From: a virus
Taxonomy: Duplodnaviria; Caudoviricetes
Length of the DNA: 42,228 nt
Strand: one strand, 5' to 3'
IMG/VR virus record: IMGVR_UViG_3300048576_000444
Coordinates: 1-42,228 of that record
Each line of letters opens with the position of its first letter. Within the stretch, counting starts at the first letter, position 1. Shown piece after piece: positions 19,294-28,331 of the stretch. A model generated the notes under the pieces. That model saw only the letters and a list, made by a program, of their open reading frames with translations. It was not told where the DNA came from and ran no database searches. The translations under genes and the position numbers were made by a program.

Positions 19294-21287
19294 TCTCGTT
19301 CTCTCCCATAAGGTTGCGATGCGCTCGATCGGGTCGAAGTGCGATTTCCTCGGCTGCTTCCTGGTTTTGGCTTGGGTTTCGCCCGTTCGGTCAATTGGTT
19401 CCAATCGAAACCGGTCACCATGTCGGCCGCACAACGCGCGTAGATTTCATCGTCCCAGTAGTGGTTGCCGACGCGATTGTCGATCAACTGCCATGCCATC
19501 CGCTCCTTGCCGTTCTTATCGCGCGTCATTCGCCGGCCTTCGTTGCAGATCTGCCGCAGGTAATCGCTGTCCTCTTCCAGTATTCCCTCGGGGAGCCACC
19601 AGGCGCCGGGCTTGTCCAACGGGGCCTCGAAACGGCCCTGCACGTCTTCCTTGTACGTGTCCACGTCGATCGCCCAGCGTTTGAGACCGCCTTGGTACGT
19701 CTTGCCGTCCTGGGTCTTTTCGACCACGGAAAGCCGGTAAAACTCGCCGGCCGGGACGCGGGTGTCGCCAGCGATGATCCGCAGGCGATCGCCCAGGGAC
19801 TTGCGAGCGCGAACCCATTGGAATACGTCCCAAGTGCGATGGCCTTGATAATCGATGCAGGCGAGGCGAACGCGGAGCTGCTTCAGTCCGATCGGGTTGG
19901 CCTGCACCAACGGAAACCAGCGATTCAGAACCAAGTCATCGAGCTTGTCTAAATCGCTCGTCGTGATCGGCTGGCCGTTCTCATCGATGACCAACGTGAC
20001 TTTTCCCCAGTCGATCAGCCAGCTCGTGGAACCTTCGCCCCAGGCGCGGACAATCCAGTAGGCGCAATCGTCTTGCGTATCGATCCCCGAAGTTAAGAAA
20101 AAGGCGTTGGAGGGGACGGTGCCGCGGCGATGCGAGCCGGCCAGGCGTCGGCCAACCCGCTGCCACTTGGGGCTTCTTGTTTTGGTAACCCATCGCAAAC
20201 CGAGCCAGTTATTCCAAAATGATTGAAGCTGCTTTTGCGATTCGCGGGATTCAAGGTACTCCGCTGCCATGCGGCCGAAATCGACGGTGTCCGCGTATAA
20301 GCTTCCGAGGCAGAAGCCCGCATGACGGGGAGATCGCTCGGGCTGGCCGATCAGATTGCCGTGTTGGTCGATCGATTGTCCCTTGGGAACCCAGCGGCCC
20401 AAAGCGACCATGCCCGCCTTCTCGTGCGATTCGATGCGGCAACCCCGCTCGCACAGATAGTAGGCTTGGTCCCGCGCCTGATCGATGGTGAACCAGTTGC
20501 CGTCGGGATGCTGGAAACCGGCGACGCCGCCATTCCCCGCGAAAATGCCTTCCTTGTGCGTGAAGAACCGCAGTTCCTGGAAGTGGCCGCATGCGGGGCA
20601 GGGGACAAGGTAGCGGCGTTGATCGCTCGAATCGTAGAGGTCGGCAATTGCCGAGGTCTCGTCGGTCGGCGTCGATTCGTTGAGGATGAGCGAGCGGTGG
20701 AAACTCTTGACGCGCTCTTGAATGAGCTGCTGCGTCTGCCCTTCATGCGGCGACTGCCGCCAGCGATCGACCTCGGTGCAAAGGACATATTTGCATGCCT
20801 TGCCCGAAAGCCGTTGGCGGTTGCCCGACCACGCCAGGTGGCACACCATGACGCCGAAGTCGATCCACTGATCGTTGCGTTTCCACGCCGGCGGGAGCAT
20901 TTTGGCGATCGCCGGAGTCGATTCGGCCAGTCGGTAGAACTTGTCGCGGAGTTCGCGGCAGGCGTCGCGATCGGGAGCGCCGAGCATTGCGGGCGCCGGA
21001 TTGAGCTTGGCCATCGCCGCAAGGATCGCTTGGAGCAATGTCGTCTTGCCGAGCTGCGTCGCGGCCTGGATCGAGATCTTCTCGACAGCCGGATCCTCGA
21101 CGCATTCCAGCGGCTCGCGCCAAAACGGGAAGCGGCGGAGGTCATACCTTCCGGGATTGCTGCTTACTTCGCTGGGGAGCCTTACGTTTTTTTGGCACCA
21201 CTCCGGGATCGGCATGCGAATGATCGGGCGCCATGCCGCCGACTTCCGCCGCTTCAATCTCGCTCGTGGTGTCATCGTCGCTGTCAT
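19290..21287 (-). CDS. terL: Terminase large subunit, lambda GpA family
   Basis: AATQLGKT Walker A, LCTEVDRW Walker B-like, ESTPT, SDQRRYLVPCPACG, GIDTQDD, NHYWD. Confidence 0.95.
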   Translation of the reverse strand: MTATMTPRARLKRRKSAAWRPIIRMPIPEWCQKNVRLPSEVSSNPGRYDLRRFPFWREPLECVEDPAVEKISIQAATQLGKTTLLQAILAAMAKLNPAPAMLGAPDRDACRELRDKFYRLAESTPAIAKMLPPAWKRNDQWIDFGVMVCHLAWSGNRQRLSGKACKYVLCTEVDRWRQSPHEGQTQQLIQERVKSFHRSLILNESTPTDETSAIADLYDSSDQRRYLVPCPACGHFQELRFFTHKEGIFAGNGGVAGFQHPDGNWFTIDQARDQAYYLCERGCRIESHEKAGMVALGRWVPKGQSIDQHGNLIGQPERSPRHAGFCLGSLYADTVDFGRMAAEYLESRESQKQLQSFWNNWLGLRWVTKTRSPKWQRVGRRLAGSHRRGTVPSNAFFLTSGIDTQDDCAYWIVRAWGEGSTSWLIDWGKVTLVIDENGQPITTSDLDKLDDLVLNRWFPLVQANPIGLKQLRVRLACIDYQGHRTWDVFQWVRARKSLGDRLRIIAGDTRVPAGEFYRLSVVEKTQDGKTYQGGLKRWAIDVDTYKEDVQGRFEAPLDKPGAWWLPEGILEEDSDYLRQICNEGRRMTRDKNGKERMAWQLIDNRVGNHYWDDEIYARCAADMVTGFDWNQLTERAKPKPKPGSSRGNRTSTRSSASQPYGRERE

Positions 21288-21792
21288 CGATCGTCTCTAA
21301 CTCCCAGTCCGAAAGGGCAAACAAAAAATCCTCTATGATCACGAAGGCGGCGGCGCGGAAATCCTTCTTCGCCTTGGCGGCGATCGACTTCGGCAAGAGG
21401 CCGAGGAGCCGGTCGGGAACCTGCTCGGCCAGCGCCTTGGCGTGGGCGATCGACCGCTCTTGCTCGCGAGCCACGTCATCGACCGCGATCAACTCGCCGA
21501 GCTGCTTGTGGTAGTCGAGCTCCGCCTGCTTCGCCTGCCACTTCGCCTTTTCCGTTTCCCAAAAACCGCGATTCTCGGGCTGGATGCTCTCGCGGCCATC
21601 GTCGCGGCCGGTCGGTTTAACGTTGGTCGCAGCCCACTCCACGCACTTATCGAGATCAAATTTTCCTCGCCCCTCTTGCGGCATTCCCTGATGCAAATAG
21701 TAGCTGATTTGCCGCGAACTAACGCCGATCACGGCGGACAATTCTTCCCGCCCAACTAAGGATTTTTTCCCACTTTTTTCATTTTTTTTCAC
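21142..21792 (-). CDS. terS: Terminase small subunit (Nu1-like)
   Basis: N-terminal HTH (ELSAVIGVSSRQISYYLHQGMP...FDLDKCVEW), coiled coil and GELIAVDDV; upstream of terL. Confidence 0.85.
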   Translation of the reverse strand: MKKNEKSGKKSLVGREELSAVIGVSSRQISYYLHQGMPQEGRGKFDLDKCVEWAATNVKPTGRDDGRESIQPENRGFWETEKAKWQAKQAELDYHKQLGELIAVDDVAREQERSIAHAKALAEQVPDRLLGLLPKSIAAKAKKDFRAAAFVIIEDFLFALSDWELETIDDSDDDTTSEIEAAEVGGMAPDHSHADPGVVPKKRKAPQRSKQQSRKV

Positions 21793-21795
21793 AAT

Positions 21796-21895
21796 GGAAG
21801 AACATCAAAGGGAAGAACATCTTTTTTACGAACAGCGCGCCCAAATTCGATAGTATGGACGGGGCCCCGGGCGGTCCAAGGCGGCGGAAGAACCT
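21796..21895 (-). other. Putative cos packaging site
   Basis: Minus strand AGGTTCTTCC...CCG-GGGCCCCGTCC resembles lambda cosQ/cosN layout; GGAAGAAC repeats at 21796, 21811, 21886; directly upstream of terS. Confidence 0.55.
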
Positions 21896-21900
21896 AATCC

Positions 21901-21968
21901 GGGTGGGGGGGGTATATGACGGGGGGTGCATGATGGGGGGGATATTGGTCGGGGGGTGTATAGTGGGG
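21901..21968 (+). repeat. Periodic G-tract array (G-quadruplex-capable)
   Basis: G3, G8, G6, G7, G6, G4 runs with ~15-nt period. Confidence 0.8.
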
Positions 21969-21975
21969 TCATACG

Positions 21976-22425
21976 TTAGTAGGCGGTATTGTCGCCGTAG
22001 TTGTTTTGGGTGACGCGAACCTCCTCGCCGACGAGCGTGATCACGTCGGTGCCGTTGCCTTTGGCAGAGATGGTTGTCAAGTCCAACGCCGATACGTACA
22101 TCGATGCGCCTGCCTCCGAGGTGACGTCGCTCGCGCCGGAGATGGTGGACTTGAAGGTGATCGTGCCCGAGTTGGAAGCGGGCACGCCGATGATGCCACG
22201 GAAAAGGGTATGAGCCGGCAGACCGAACTTCGTGGCCAGATCACCGTTCACATACGTCGCGGACGTGACCGGAGCAACGCTGCCGATCAGTGCCGACTTC
22301 TTCGTGGGCGTGCTCACTTGCGCTGCTGCATGATAGTTCACCGCCGACCAGCCAAGCAAGACGATGCACAGATACAACCCCAGCTTGCAGACGCTCAATA
22401 TGATCCATAACAGTTTGTTCTTCAT
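21976..22425 (-). CDS. Secreted/membrane hypothetical protein
   Basis: Hydrophobic N-terminus, AAAGGA RBS. Confidence 0.65.
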   Translation of the reverse strand: MKNKLLWIILSVCKLGLYLCIVLLGWSAVNYHAAAQVSTPTKKSALIGSVAPVTSATYVNGDLATKFGLPAHTLFRGIIGVPASNSGTITFKSTISGASDVTSEAGASMYVSALDLTTISAKGNGTDVITLVGEEVRVTQNNYGDNTAY

Positions 22426-22461
22426 CGCTTTTCCTTTTTCAATTGAAATAATAGGTAATTG

Positions 22462-25179
22462 TTACGGTGTCACTCTCAACATCACGCATCCATGTACCGG
22501 CACATTGACCTCCGTGAAACCTGTTGCCAATGCTCCGGTACTCGCTTTGGTCCAAAGATTTTTGCCTGATGAAAACGAAGATGGAAATGCGGGATAGGAC
22601 GTGAGTGTGCTTTGAGCGGACGTAACGGCAGTTCCGATATCCGCCCAGGTAACGGCGATTGAGCGAGCGTTGGAATTGTCGCGATTCACAAACAGGATTG
22701 CCCAATCACCATTCGCCAGCGGCCGAACCCAAACATCGGTATGGTTCGTACTGTCGTTGGCAACTCGAATGCCGCACAACTGCATCGCGTCTTGATCCAC
22801 AGCGATAACGTCGGCGTTGCTGAGGGTGGCGATTGTTCCCGCAAATGTCTTTGCTGGGTCGTTGTATCCAGCGTTGGTATTGCTTTCCGCGGTTGTGGCG
22901 TCCAGTTCGCAACCGCAGATCAGCGGGGCCATCAATATTGAGTAGATCGAGAACTGAGTCCGCCCCTCCTCGTCGGTCAATCCACAGCCGACCAGCAAAC
23001 CATCGCAGTCGGGGTAGAATCCGTTGCCGAACCATGTCGCCTGTGTGACCGATGAAGTTGTGTCGAACAATGTAAACAGCCCCATTAGCGAAGCCGACGC
23101 ACTCGCTCCGGGGGCGGCATCCAATCCAAATCGCACGGAGTTAATACCTGCCGACACACAAATTGCATTTTTATTGTTGAATCCGATCCCAGCACAGATA
23201 TGCGTGCTGGCACCGGCTTTACGCAGGCCGACTGAGATTCGCTGAAATAACTCTTGAACAAACTCATGACCCCATATTGGCTCGCGGCCCGTTGTGTCCC
23301 TGTAAGTCACGTCGTAGTGCAACCACTCGGCATTCCAGTCGGCAAATGTGGCCGCGTCTTGGTCCTCGTGGCCCGCTGAGCCGGTGTAGCCGTAGGTGTC
23401 CGCGATCGGGGCCGCTGAGGAGTAGGTGCCAAATTTCAAGCCGAGCGAACGCACGTATTCGGACACTGGCTTCATGCCGTTAGGAAATTTCGTTGCATCG
23501 GGAATAAGCGAGCCGCTCGCATCACGAAGCGTTCCAGTGTGTGGCTCCCATCCTGCCGATGCGATGCAGTAGTTGTAGCCCGCTGCTTTGAGTCCGGTTG
23601 AAACAAGTGCGGCGGCGTTACGTCGCACCATTGCGTCGTTCACGTCAAAATAGCTGGAATTAAACCACGAGTTCCAACCCATCGCGGGAAGTGGGCTTGT
23701 TTCGTTTGACTGCAAATGAGTAAGCACCGGCGGCAAGGAGTTTCGGATATCGATGCCTTTTGGTTCTAAGTATTGTACTAGCCATAAATACGCTTGATAC
23801 CGTTCATCGTCGGTAATGTCGCTGTTGACACAGATTACGCAAGAAACTTCGAGCAGGTCAACAATATAACTCGGCGTAGAGAACGCCAAGCAGCCGACAC
23901 CGATTCCTGCCGAGCCCGAATGCGTCACTTCCGTTTTTTCGATGGCATTGAGTTTCGGTCCCCCGCTCCCTGCTATAGGCTTCGACAAGAATAACACCAC
24001 CGACTCTTGGCCATAAGGGTGCGTCATAAATGTCGTTGAGGTCACGTCGCTGGAACTGCCATTCTGGGATAACATCAAGGCTCGATTATTGCCATGCTGA
24101 CAATAGATCGCTTGGGTTGCCGCCGACCGATCGGCAATTGATAGATCAATGAAAGACCCCGTGTTGTTCATACTACTTATAACACGACAAACAGAAATCA
24201 CGGTCCACGGCCCGTTGATGTTAAAATTAGCAATTCCCGGCGTGACGGCATATGAGGACGTGCCTGCTGACCCTGCCGTATTACCTCCACCAAGAATCGT
24301 TCCACGCGGAGTGAATACAGGTGCCGGACTGGTACCCGCCAGCACCATGTCGAGCCTACGCTCATAAGGCAGTAGCGTAGTGCCAGCAGTGATCTGAATG
24401 CCTGAAATTGTAAACGGCTTGCCAGCCACTGACCCTTTGTTCTCAATACGGAAATAGTTGTGATAAGTCCCGGCGGTTGGCACGGCATCCACAGAGTAAC
24501 GAAACAAACCTGGGACACTGCCTGATGGTGCACGAATGACCGTCTTCGTAGGCGTGGTCTGGGACGTGCCAAATGGGTACATTACGATGTCGCTACTATC
24601 GGACGGGGTGTAAGTGGCATCATCGAAAATCACATAACACGAAAAACTGTAATGTGCACCGTCCGTTACTGTCGGAGGAATGAAAGTTACCCTGCCGTTG
24701 TTATTGTCACCAGTAGCGGGAAAGTGAAAACCGCCTGAGATCCCGCCGTCACGACTTGGTTGAAATGGGGTTGTTGAAACCGTAATCTGGCTCCCGACCG
24801 TAGCGTCTGTCAATACGCAAGGTTCGCTCGTAGCCGGAACAAGATTTAGGCCACTCCCATTAGATCGCGAGTTTTTCACGTAGGTTGTTCCCGCCGGCAG
24901 TCCGGTGAAATCCCACAAACCCACCACATCAGCGGGTAGTGTGGGTTTTAGACTTGCGATCCGATCGGAAAACACACGGGCTTGGCGAGAAATGTCGGTT
25001 GCCAAGGATGCCGCCGCGTTGAGTTGCGGTCCGGTGGCCTTGAGGCCGCTCACTGCACCACCACCACCGATCACTCCGCTGCCGCCGCCGATGATCTGCG
25101 ATTGGCTGGGGATGGCGAAGGCGATCAACGCGGCAAGAATTCCGCCGCACAACAGAAGAGAAAGCCATTTGCGTTTCAT
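22462..25179 (-). CDS. Secreted multidomain protein: beta-sandwich/lectin-like domains + GH27 alpha-galactosidase-like domain
   Basis: Signal peptide; PAMGWNSW, GLKAAGYNY, KFPNGMK, GLKFGTYS, DAATFADW..EWLHYD, RTQFSIYSILMAPL, NADVIAVDQD, VPVHGCVMLRV. Confidence 0.85.
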   Translation of the reverse strand: MKRKWLSLLLCGGILAALIAFAIPSQSQIIGGGSGVIGGGGAVSGLKATGPQLNAAASLATDISRQARVFSDRIASLKPTLPADVVGLWDFTGLPAGTTYVKNSRSNGSGLNLVPATSEPCVLTDATVGSQITVSTTPFQPSRDGGISGGFHFPATGDNNNGRVTFIPPTVTDGAHYSFSCYVIFDDATYTPSDSSDIVMYPFGTSQTTPTKTVIRAPSGSVPGLFRYSVDAVPTAGTYHNYFRIENKGSVAGKPFTISGIQITAGTTLLPYERRLDMVLAGTSPAPVFTPRGTILGGGNTAGSAGTSSYAVTPGIANFNINGPWTVISVCRVISSMNNTGSFIDLSIADRSAATQAIYCQHGNNRALMLSQNGSSSDVTSTTFMTHPYGQESVVLFLSKPIAGSGGPKLNAIEKTEVTHSGSAGIGVGCLAFSTPSYIVDLLEVSCVICVNSDITDDERYQAYLWLVQYLEPKGIDIRNSLPPVLTHLQSNETSPLPAMGWNSWFNSSYFDVNDAMVRRNAAALVSTGLKAAGYNYCIASAGWEPHTGTLRDASGSLIPDATKFPNGMKPVSEYVRSLGLKFGTYSSAAPIADTYGYTGSAGHEDQDAATFADWNAEWLHYDVTYRDTTGREPIWGHEFVQELFQRISVGLRKAGASTHICAGIGFNNKNAICVSAGINSVRFGLDAAPGASASASLMGLFTLFDTTSSVTQATWFGNGFYPDCDGLLVGCGLTDEEGRTQFSIYSILMAPLICGCELDATTAESNTNAGYNDPAKTFAGTIATLSNADVIAVDQDAMQLCGIRVANDSTNHTDVWVRPLANGDWAILFVNRDNSNARSIAVTWADIGTAVTSAQSTLTSYPAFPSSFSSGKNLWTKASTGALATGFTEVNVPVHGCVMLRVTP

Positions 25180-25209
25180 GTTCAATTCCAATTAACTAAA
25201 AAGGTGTTC

Positions 25210-25656
25210 TTAGCCGAGCTTGTTTTTCGCCGCCTGAATGTGCTGGGAAACATCGGCGCCGATTCGCTTGCCGATCTCGTCGATCGCGTCGAGGCCGTGC
25301 TTGGCGGCGTTCTCCAGCCGGCCGGGGTTGCAGGTTCCATCGGGGTCGAGGTGCGCGTGCATCATCGTCTTTACCGATTCGGAGCTGGCGGCGATCACCG
25401 CCGCGGTACCGGTCGCGGCCGCTTCCTGGCGATCGAGGCGGGCGTCCATGTTTTTCAAAAAGGTAACGGCAGCATCCTTGATGTCATAGAAAAACGTCCG
25501 CAGGAATCCGGGCTTCTTTTCGTCATTGCTGAAGCATGCTCGCAGCACGTAGCGGATGCACCAAATCGCGAAACCCAACATGAAAAAGGCGAAGATCGAC
25601 CCAACGCCGAAGTTTTTTCCGAATTCAATCCAGTTGTTGGGATCCAGAGGATTCAT
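25210..25656 (-). CDS. Holin-like membrane protein
   Basis: One N-terminal TM segment (FGVGSIFAFFMLGFAIWCI) plus helical tail; lysis-module position. Confidence 0.45.
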   Translation of the reverse strand: MNPLDPNNWIEFGKNFGVGSIFAFFMLGFAIWCIRYVLRACFSNDEKKPGFLRTFFYDIKDAAVTFLKNMDARLDRQEAAATGTAAVIAASSESVKTMMHAHLDPDGTCNPGRLENAAKHGLDAIDEIGKRIGADVSQHIQAAKNKLG

Positions 25657-25672
25657 TGTTCACCTGCCTAAT

Positions 25673-25688
25673 GTCGCCAATTGGCGAC
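25673..25688. promoter_or_regulatory. 16-bp perfect palindrome GTCGCCAATTGGCGAC (operator candidate)
   Basis: Identical copy at 15869-15884; 13/16 copy at 35331-35346. Confidence 0.5.
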
Positions 25689-25713
25689 CTTTTGCTATCA
25701 CTCGAAATGAATA

Positions 25714-25769
25714 ATAAAAAGTCACGCCGTTGCTGCGAACAGCGGCGACATCCCGACGCCCGGCGTGAC
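25714..25769 (-). terminator. Branched hairpin with U-tract, putative intrinsic terminator
   Basis: GTCACGCCG/CGGCGTGAC stem enclosing GCTG-TTCG-CAGC, followed by TTTTTATT on the minus strand. Confidence 0.55.
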
Positions 25770-25793
25770 ATTTCCCCCCATACGGGAAACAGC

Positions 25794-26195
25794 CTAACGC
25801 CGGCGGAAGATCAATTTACCCGCGCCGCGAACGATTTTCCTCACCGGTTGCCGCTCCAGAATCGCCCGGGCAATTTTCCTCGGTCCAGTGATGGCCACAG
25901 CTATAGCAGATCGACATGGCGTCCTCGCCAGGCCCCGACAGGAGCCGTAGGCTGGCTCGCTTGCGGCATTGGGGGCAAGCGGGACGATCGTCGCTGGGAT
26001 CGTGGGGGACAACGAATCTTTGTTGCAGGGCAGATTCCCCGGGCAGCTCGGCGGCGTCGCCGGCAGTGAATTTTGTACGGCCGATAAACCGCACGATCCA
26101 CCGGAGCAGCTTGCCGATCCGCGTCTTCCCGCGGCGGAAACGTCTGTACAGGCGAAAGCAGAAATCATCAAGACACACCAAAAGATTTTCCACAT
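25794..26195 (-). CDS. Secreted Cys-rich protein with basic amphipathic C-terminus
   Basis: Signal peptide; SCSGGSC; RQPVRKIVRGAGKLIFRRR; GGAG RBS. Confidence 0.6.
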   Translation of the reverse strand: MWKIFWCVLMISAFACTDVSAAGRRGSASCSGGSCGLSAVQNSLPATPPSCPGNLPCNKDSLSPTIPATIVPLAPNAASEPAYGSCRGLARTPCRSAIAVAITGPRKIARAILERQPVRKIVRGAGKLIFRRR

Positions 26196-26245
26196 GCTTT
26201 GTCTCCAAAATGAGGATGGATAGTAAAAAGCCCCAACGGTAAAAC

Positions 26246-27004
26246 TCAGGCCGCGGTGATCGCGGTCATGTCTTCGCGCATCTTGATCAGGTCGAACCCC
26301 GACGGCGTAACGCCATCTTTGGCGAGGAAATCGGGCGAGATAACCGAGTAGCACTCGTCCACGTATTTTTGCAGAGCTTCCCAGGTCATGGGAATCACTT
26401 CGCCCCAACTGATCGCATAGAGGTAATTGCTGTCGTATCCCAAGAAGGGAACGCTATGCCTTCCCCACGATCCGGGCGAGTATTTTCTGCCAGGACCCAC
26501 GCCCCAGACGTCGGCTCCTCGCCAGGCGTCGGGAAGATTCACGCCGATGTCGAGCATGCCGAGCGTGTTGATCGCCTTGCGAACCGCTTCGGTATCGCGG
26601 ATATCGACGCTGCCATAGGCCCATATCCGATGACCCCACATCCCCGTCGCCTTCCAATACTTGAGGCGATCGAGGATGTTGTATCCGTTCATGGCTCCCA
26701 TTTTACGCGATAAGGAAATCACGTCCGCATCGCTGATCGGCGTTTGGATCCCCGACTCCGCGGCTTGCATGCCCATGATCGTATGGGCCGGCGTGCAGAT
26801 CACGCAATTCCCGTAGGAATTGTTTCCCATCACGCCCCACGTGCCCGTATAGAGCTTATCCCAGCGGGCTTCCGTGGGGGCATCGGCCATCGACTTCGCG
26901 AAATATCGCGAAAGGGATAAATGCCGAGAATCTTCGGCGCTCACGCGGCCCGCCAAATCCTTGGCCAAACATCCAAGCTGCATTGCGTAGAGATCTTGCC
27001 TCAT
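26246..27004 (-). CDS. Papain-like cysteine peptidase (candidate endolysin)
   Basis: GNNSYGNCV (Cys), WGRHSVPFLGYD (His), ISWG; lysis-module position. Confidence 0.7.
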   Translation of the reverse strand: MRQDLYAMQLGCLAKDLAGRVSAEDSRHLSLSRYFAKSMADAPTEARWDKLYTGTWGVMGNNSYGNCVICTPAHTIMGMQAAESGIQTPISDADVISLSRKMGAMNGYNILDRLKYWKATGMWGHRIWAYGSVDIRDTEAVRKAINTLGMLDIGVNLPDAWRGADVWGVGPGRKYSPGSWGRHSVPFLGYDSNYLYAISWGEVIPMTWEALQKYVDECYSVISPDFLAKDGVTPSGFDLIKMREDMTAITAA

Positions 27005-27654
27005 CGCTTCCCTCCCTGTGCAGAATGCTTTCCCAAGATGGCGACGAGTTCGGACGCCTTTAGAGACGAAAGCGGTCCCTGCTCGAGGATTTCCCCCTTT
27101 TCCGTCACCCAGAAATAATAAGGGTAAGCGTTGTTCGCGATCGCCGATTTGCCGATCCACTTTAGCGCGTTCGGATCCGCGTTCGGATCGTCAACGAGCG
27201 AAAGATTGTACTCGTAAGTCGGCGGGAGTTTTTTGGCGTTGAGAAAGGAAACGACCTCGCTCGACTTCCAGATCGGGTTTGAAACCGACTTATCCGTGAT
27301 CACGATCAGCGCGGCGGGCTTTCCAACCGGATCCACCGGCGGCACGATCGGTGGGACGACAATAGGAGGAACGACAACGGGCGGCGGATCGACAACAGGC
27401 GGCGTGATCGGCGAGCCGTCGAGAACAATAGAACCGGTGACCAGCTTGCCGCCGGCGATGTAAACCAAAAGAAGTTGCCCACTTTGCCCAGGCAGACAAA
27501 CGGCCGTCGCGGAAGTGCCATCGGCCAGTGGCAAAACGAATTGCGTCCGAATCGCAGGCGCTGGCGTGGCGTTTGGCGCTGGATCGACGGCCAACGCGAC
27601 TCGCAAGACACTGAAGGCCAGCAGCACGAACAGGGCTAATTTGAAGCGTTTCAC
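27001..27654 (-). CDS. Secreted protein with Pro/Val linker and thioredoxin-like C-terminal domain (no CxxC)
   Basis: Signal peptide, PPVVDPPPVVVPP linker, YPYYFWVTEKGEIL. Confidence 0.55.
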   Translation of the reverse strand: MKRFKLALFVLLAFSVLRVALAVDPAPNATPAPAIRTQFVLPLADGTSATAVCLPGQSGQLLLVYIAGGKLVTGSIVLDGSPITPPVVDPPPVVVPPIVVPPIVPPVDPVGKPAALIVITDKSVSNPIWKSSEVVSFLNAKKLPPTYEYNLSLVDDPNADPNALKWIGKSAIANNAYPYYFWVTEKGEILEQGPLSSLKASELVAILGKHSAQGGKR

Positions 27655-27697
27655 GGCATACCACCTTTTTGAATGGGGAATAAATGGGAAAAACGTT

Positions 27698-27739
27698 GCC
27701 CGACCAGGATCGAGAGTAGTCGAGCGATCCTGGCCGGGA
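27698..27739. terminator. Intergenic hairpin, possible terminator
   Basis: CCCG-A-CCAGGATCG...CGATCCTGG-C-CGGG flanked by A and T tracts. Confidence 0.45.
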
Positions 27740-27752
27740 CTTTTTGTAATCG

Positions 27753-28178
27753 TTAGCTCGTCGAGCCGGACGACTCCGATCCGGACGATCCGGACTCCGA
27801 TCCGGAGGTCTCTTGCAAGGCCGGAGCGCTGGCGGGAGCGGGAACCGGCGGCGTGACATATTTCTGCACGAGAATCGGCAGCACATAGGTCAGGAAAAGA
27901 TTCCAGGCGGCTTTCACGAAGGTGCCATCGCCGGGAAAGATTTTTTCGTACATTCCGCCAGGGATCACGCCGGCACAGCGTTTCTTGTGCGCCGATTCGT
28001 AGGCGGCGATCGCCTCGGCGTGTTCATCCTCCGTCAAAGCGGACGACAGCCGTAGCACTTCGGTGCCGCCGCCGAAATCGTTGGCCAACTGCTCGATCAG
28101 CTCGGGCAACTTGGCGAACTGAAGCGTCATCAGCGCCAAAAAGATTTGCAACAGATCCGCCACGAACTTGCTCTCCAT
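27753..28178 (-). CDS. Hypothetical protein with hydrophobic segments and Ser-rich C-terminus
   Basis: AGGAG RBS; ends TSGSESGSSGSESSGSTS. Confidence 0.6.
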   Translation of the reverse strand: MESKFVADLLQIFLALMTLQFAKLPELIEQLANDFGGGTEVLRLSSALTEDEHAEAIAAYESAHKKRCAGVIPGGMYEKIFPGDGTFVKAAWNLFLTYVLPILVQKYVTPPVPAPASAPALQETSGSESGSSGSESSGSTS

Positions 28179-28331
28179 AACTCTCTCCTGTGAAAATGGG
28201 GTGTTCAAAAAGTGTCCCTAAAAAGGATCGCTGAGTAGCTCGCATCATACCCATGAATGATCGATCCTTTTTCACGTGCAGGGAGAACATGCTATATGTG
28301 CGCGAAAAATAACCCAGAATGGGTAGAGAAG

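Noticed and set aside
4395-21338. Many long plus-strand ORFs (e.g. 8798-9907, 14954-15940, 20322-21338)
   Set aside because: Antisense shadows of well-supported minus-strand genes in GC-rich DNA
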